From contig NC_047017.1 in the NCBI RefSeq assembly GCF_902652985.1, positions 51,770,001 through 51,834,000 of the forward strand: 64,000 bases of DNA, given 5' to 3'. The notes under the pieces were generated by a model. It was not told where the DNA came from and searched no databases. It saw only the letters and a list, made by a program, of their open reading frames with translations. The stretch comes from Pecten maximus (lineage: Eukaryota). A program made the translations under genes and the position numbers. This document shows positions 60,593 through 64,000 of the stretch, piece after piece (positions within the stretch are counted from its first letter, which is position 1; each line of letters starts with the position of its first letter).

Positions 60593-62597
60593 ATCTGTTA
60601 GGGATCAATATTTTCAACTATGAAATTGGTGCATTGACATAAGTAAAAGTTAACACATTGTCAAATAATAACTGTAATTATTCGAAAGATCATTAGATAC
60701 AGAATTCAAAAATGTTTACATATTAGGAGAATAAGACATGGATATTAATTAAGAGCTTTTTAAAAGTGAATATTTCTGGTTCCATGGGGGGGGGGGGGGA
60801 AGAAAGAATTAAAAGCACAATAACATCTGATGTGTTACTTTTTTTTCCCCATTTATTGTATTGATTTACACTTTGCCTTCTCTTATTATAAGTTATCTAC
60901 ATCAGGTATATGTATTCTAAATCTAATGTTGATTGATCTCTGGTTATGCCACTAAATATGTTTAATATTCTAATTGTTATGGTACTATTTTTGGTCCTTT
61001 TTTCATTCCCAGGAAAGGTTTTGTTGGTGGAGACATTACAACACTTATCGGTGGAACAAAGATAACCATCAACATCGGCAAAGGAACCGACAAAATAGCA
61101 GTTGATGTTTTTGAGGCAAAAGCAGCTGAAAGGAAAACAGAACTTCAGAATGTGTTGTTTCGATTGGCTGATAAGAATATGTCCCTGCAAGCAGATTTGG
61201 CTGCTGCTGAAAAAACAGTTGTTGCCTTGAAAGCACAAAAAGGTCAGGGAGCTGCTGGGTTTTCCTTGAATGACATAGGACCAAAGACTTCTAACCAGTC
61301 TAAAGCTAGGCCAAAGACAGGCATGAGTGCCATCAATCCAAACAGTAAAAAGAGAAAAGCACCCACTGGTGTTGTGTTTGATTAGATGACCAGTTCCAAA
61401 TTTCGTCCTGTAGCCATTTTCCCACCCTTTAAAATTTACATATTTCTACGCATTGTTGTAGTTAATAATGATGGCAGCTATCTATGTACCATGCAGCTTC
61501 TTGTGTCAGTTATTGTCAGTTGTTAACTCAAAACTGGTTCTGGTTATAATTTTACTAGTAGTTTCACCTAAAATTATTTCTTCAAATTAAAAAGCAAAAA
61601 TGTTGTGTTTAAAAAACTGTAGAAATACAGCCTTCTTGAACAATATTTAATACATTGTACATTTTTAGCATTTTTATCAATGTGGTTAAATTGAAGTAGA
61701 ACTTTGTGTAGTAGGACCTACATGCTTAGTTAATGTCTGTACATGGTATATTTATCATATTGAACATAGCACTGTGTATCACCAATAAAATTGTGTAAGA
61801 CTACCACTGTACATTGTTTTAATATTTTCATATTGATATAGTTTAATGCTGCTCACATAGTTTGAATTTTGATGTAAATGTATAACAATTGAAAACAGGC
61901 TTATCCTCATACTGCTCAGTTGGACCATACCTGAAAAGGATAATCTTTAAAAACCCTGAAGTCATCAAATAAAGATGGTTATCTAGAATCTTTGCTTCAA
62001 GAAACCAGAGAAGTTTTTAGCTCACTTGTTATGTAGGACCCATGAGCTTATGCCATGGCATAGTGTGTGTCAACTTTTATTTTGAATTGCTGCTAGTTAT
62101 AGAATAATAAATGGATCTTGACCAAATTTGGTCGGAGACATCCTTTGTGGAAGGGGAACAAATTCTGGGTGAATGTGGCCCCCATGGGGCTGGAGGGAAG
62201 GCAGCAATATGTGAAATAGAGGTAAGTTCTTTAAATCACAACTGATAATGAATTTAAGTGAATTGTTTTTGACCAAATTTGGCCAGTAGCGTCCTTAGGG
62301 GAAAGGGTAAACAAATTTGTATAAAAGGTGACACTAGCCCCTATTTGGCCTTAGGGGAAGGGCCCAGAAGAGTGAATAGAAGCAAGTTCTTTCAATCGCT
62401 TAAATTCATGAAAGAATTGTGAAAGAAACGAATTGTGAAATTAGGTCAGAAAAATCTTTTGGGGAAGTAGAAAAATTTTTTGCATAAATGAATCAAGATG
62501 AATTAAGGATCAGGTGGTAAACATATTAATCGGTCATCCTAATGACAGGTCTAGTTTTCACGGGTTTCTTTTCTTTTAATCACAATTTTTGAGGATA
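60593..62597 (+). repeat. Segmental duplicate of 54374-56216 plus ~60157-60260
   Basis: Near-identical copy of PAXX intron, exon 2, 3' UTR and HINE left part, joined directly to the sequence that follows the LINE region in copy 1. Confidence 0.92.
61013..61385 (+). pseudogene. PAXX: Duplicated PAXX exon 2 without exon 1 (pseudo-exon, alternative last exon, or haplotype artefact)
   Basis: Intact acceptor and stop; only synonymous differences seen (GGA>GGT, GTC>GTT); no exon 1 upstream in this copy. Confidence 0.65.
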
Positions 62598-63758
62598 TAT
62601 TTGCCTGGTAGCATCACTATGGGGTGGGGATTCAAAATTGTACAAATGATGGGGCTGACCCCCCAGGGGCGTGAGGGGCGGGGCCGAATGTGGTAAATCT
62701 GGCTATATTCATATAAACAACTTCTTTTCTGAAACCAAGCAATAGCTATAGCTCATATTTGCCTGGTAGCATCACTATGGGGTGAAGTTTCAAAATTGTA
62801 CAAATGATGGGGCTGCATGACCCCCCAGGGGCCTGAGGGGTGGGGCCGAATGTGATCAATCCGGCTATATTGATGTAAACGACTTCTCTGAAACCGAGCA
62901 ATGGCTGTCGCTCATATTTGCCTGGTAGCATCACTTTGGGGTGGGGATTCAAAATTGTACAAATGATGGGGCTGACCCCCCAGGGGCCTGAGGGGCGCGG
63001 CCGAATTTGATCAATCCGGCTATATTGATGTAAACGACTTCTCTGAAACCGAGCAATGGCTGTCGCTCATATTTGCCTGGTAGCATCATTTGGGGGTGGG
63101 GATTCAAAATTTTACAAATGATGGGGCTGACCCCCCAGGGGCCTGAGGGGCGGGGCCAAATGTGGTCAATCCGGCTATATTCATATAATTGACTTCTTCT
63201 CCTGAACCAAGCAATGGATATCTCTCATATTTTACTGGTAGCATCACCTTGGGGTAGGAATTAATTTGAAATTGTACAAATGACGGGGCCGATCCCCCTG
63301 GGGGCTGAGGGGCGGGTCCAAAAGGGATCAGTTTGCAGAATTGATATAAACGACTTCTCTAAAACTAAGCAATGGATATCGCTCATATTTTACTGGTAGC
63401 ATCCCTATGGGGTGGGGATTAAAAATTGTACAAATGGTGGGACTGACCCCCCAGGGGCCTGAGGGGCGGGGCCAAAATTGGTCAATTTGTTTAAACAACT
63501 TCTTCTCTGAAACTAAGCAATGGACATCACTCACATTTGTGTGGTAGGATCCCTATGGGGTAGCACCAAAAGTCAATTTCATTTCATGGATTAATGCACT
63601 TTTGGCATTTTTAGTATTAAAATAAAACCGATTCCCATATAAAATGCTTATGAAATATATTGACATATCAATACCAGCAACAAATATACTTAAGCATCAT
63701 TCTTGTTTCATATCTCATGAAACCAGGTGAGCGATACAGGCCCTCTGGGCCTCTTGTT
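62598..63758 (+). mobile_element. HINE-like Helentron-associated element with ~157-bp internal tandem repeats
   Basis: About 6 copies of tatttgcctggtagcatcac...ggggctgaccccccaggggcctgaggggcggggcc; right end caggtgagcgatacaggccctctgggcctcttgtt. Confidence 0.75.
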
Positions 63759-64000
63759 AGAAACTTGAGTTGGCCCACAGTACTGATCAGAAACTTGAGT
63801 TAGGCCCACAGTACTGGTCAGAAACTTGAGTTGGCCCACAGTACTGGTCAGAAACTGGAGTTAGCCCACAGTACTGGTCAGAAACTGGAGTTAGCCCACA
63901 GTACTGGTCAGAAACTGGAGTTAGCCCACAGTACTGGTCAGAAACTTGAGTTGGCCCACACTACTGGTCAGAAACTTGAGTTAGCCCACACTACTGGTCA
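63759..64000. repeat. 30-31-bp satellite running off the window end
   Basis: agaaacttgagttggcccacagtactggtc repeated. Confidence 0.92.

Overview
AT-rich eukaryotic genomic DNA, most likely a bivalve mollusc (inferred from the repeat families: Helentron-associated HINE-like elements, tRNA-SINE fragments, a Penelope remnant). The supplied ORF track hides most genes because they are built from short exons. Manual splicing reveals, in 1-39.6 kb, a cluster of four paralogous secreted-protein genes (A 1014-3543 +, B 14933-26650 +, C 33806-35558 -, D 37649-39551 +). All share one all-phase-1 exon plan: signal-peptide exon, tiny pro-exon ending in a (R/G)-x-K-R / GKR convertase site at the exon edge, a truncated EGF-like module with an odd number (5) of Cys, and a low-complexity region. 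That region differs completely between paralogs: P/Q/H/Y plus cationic GGGSSR in A; eight tandem 57-bp Asp/Glu/Ser microexons in B; poly-Ser/Ser-Glu in C; short Ser/Gly in D. This looks like an uncharacterised extracellular matrix, biomineral or adhesive gene cluster. The right part holds EFCAB2/DRC8 (-) head-to-head with PAXX (+), a partial tandem duplication of PAXX exon 2, and a near-complete frameshifted LINE ORF2. The window also contains a miniature LTR element with tRNA-derived LTRs, a decayed Tc1 element, several MITE/HINE/SINE remnants and several satellites.
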